64,000 bases of DNA from a virus: positions 1 to 64,000 of the IMG/VR virus record IMGVR_UViG_3300045988_104111; one strand, given 5' to 3'. The notes below the pieces were generated by a model. The model did no database searches and had not been told where the DNA came from. It saw only the letters and a program-made list of their open reading frames with translations. Position numbers and translations under genes: made by a program. Positions 63,509 through 64,000 of this stretch are shown here, piece after piece (positions within the stretch are counted from its first letter, which is position 1; each line of letters begins with the position of its first letter).

Positions 63509-64000
63509 ATGTTTTGCCCATATTGTGGCAAGGAAAAGCAAGATAGCCAATTCTATAAAAGCCCAATCAAAACGGGCGAATATATTAAACCATGTAAATC
63601 ATGTGTGACTGAGCTATATAAGCAAGCTCTTGAAATTACTAAAGACCAAGGCGCGGCACTATGGTCAACTTGTATGCAGACGGGTATCCCTCTGCGCCGG
63701 GCTGAATATACTGCTTGTCTTGATACACTAGAAAAGGCGGCTAAGGGCAAAAAGCCTAGTTTGTTTATGTTGTATCACACATATTTATCAACATCGCCTG
63801 ATAAGCTAACGGGCGTATGGGATAGCGATATGGAGTTGTCTAATTTCAAGGATTTGGGCGATGTTGCTAAGGGTGAAACTGATGAGGTGGCGCTTAAAGC
63901 GAGATGGCGCAAACAATGGGGCGGCGACTATGAGGATGAAGATTGTCAGTGGCTAGATGATATGTTTGATAGCTATACGGCAGATATATTTGAAATGGAC
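63509..64000 (+). CDS. partial ORF (runs off the window), N-terminal zinc ribbon; function unknown
   Basis: ATG 63509 after AAAGGA; open for 164 codons to the window end. MFCPYCGKE...CKSC pattern. Confidence 0.5.
   Translation, partial: MFCPYCGKEKQDSQFYKSPIKTGEYIKPCKSCVTELYKQALEITKDQGAALWSTCMQTGIPLRRAEYTACLDTLEKAAKGKKPSLFMLYHTYLSTSPDKLTGVWDSDMELSNFKDLGDVAKGETDEVALKARWRKQWGGDYEDEDCQWLDDMFDSYTADIFEMD

Noticed and set aside
1-64000. Genome-wide stop-codon reassignment (TGA or TAG recoding), prompted by the in-frame TGA at 10994.
   Set aside because: All long ORFs on both strands are intact under the standard code and end at TGA, TAA or TAG with sensible gene spacing. Only one suspicious in-frame stop was found.

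Overview
Visibly AT-rich, densely coding dsDNA phage (or prophage) segment. Its gene content resembles large SPbeta-like phages of Firmicutes; this is recognised from motifs only, no searches were run.

Layout:
- 1-13.8 kb (+): late tail module with tape measure, fibre-like and baseplate-like ORFs.
- 13.8-49.1 kb (-): long nucleotide-metabolism, replication and recombination module. It encodes dUTPase, ThyX-like, NifS-like, class II RNR, RecD-like helicase, two orphan DNA methyltransferases, RecJ-like, DnaG, DnaB, a radical-SAM protein, Sak4-like ATPase, DnaE, a short DnaN-like protein, a beta-CASP MBL nuclease, a tyrosine recombinase, HU and one tRNA. It is driven by a series of near-perfect TTGACA-17-TATAAT promoters.
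- 49.2-52.7 kb: mostly non-coding control region with iteron-like repeats, palindromes, a host-like valS fragment and a self-contained minus-strand accessory (moron) operon.
- 52.7-57.0 kb: a lone (+) ORF, then a (-) cluster with Lar-like, DUF551-like, dCMP deaminase and T5orf172-type proteins.
- 57.0-57.3 kb: promoter hub.
- 57.3-62.3 kb (+): operon whose main product looks like a YonO-type single-chain two-barrel RNA polymerase, followed by two DNABII-like proteins and a metallophosphoesterase.
- 62.3-64.0 kb: an HNH ORF and a partial ORF.

Selfish elements are unusually dense:
- a group I intron with a LAGLIDADG ORF plus an intein in the RNR gene;
- a paralogous intein in the helicase Walker A motif;
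- an endonuclease ORF interrupting the tape-measure gene;
- a GIY-YIG domain fused to a fibre ORF;
- three HNH ORFs.

No CRISPR array, rRNA, transposase or recognisable defence system was seen.
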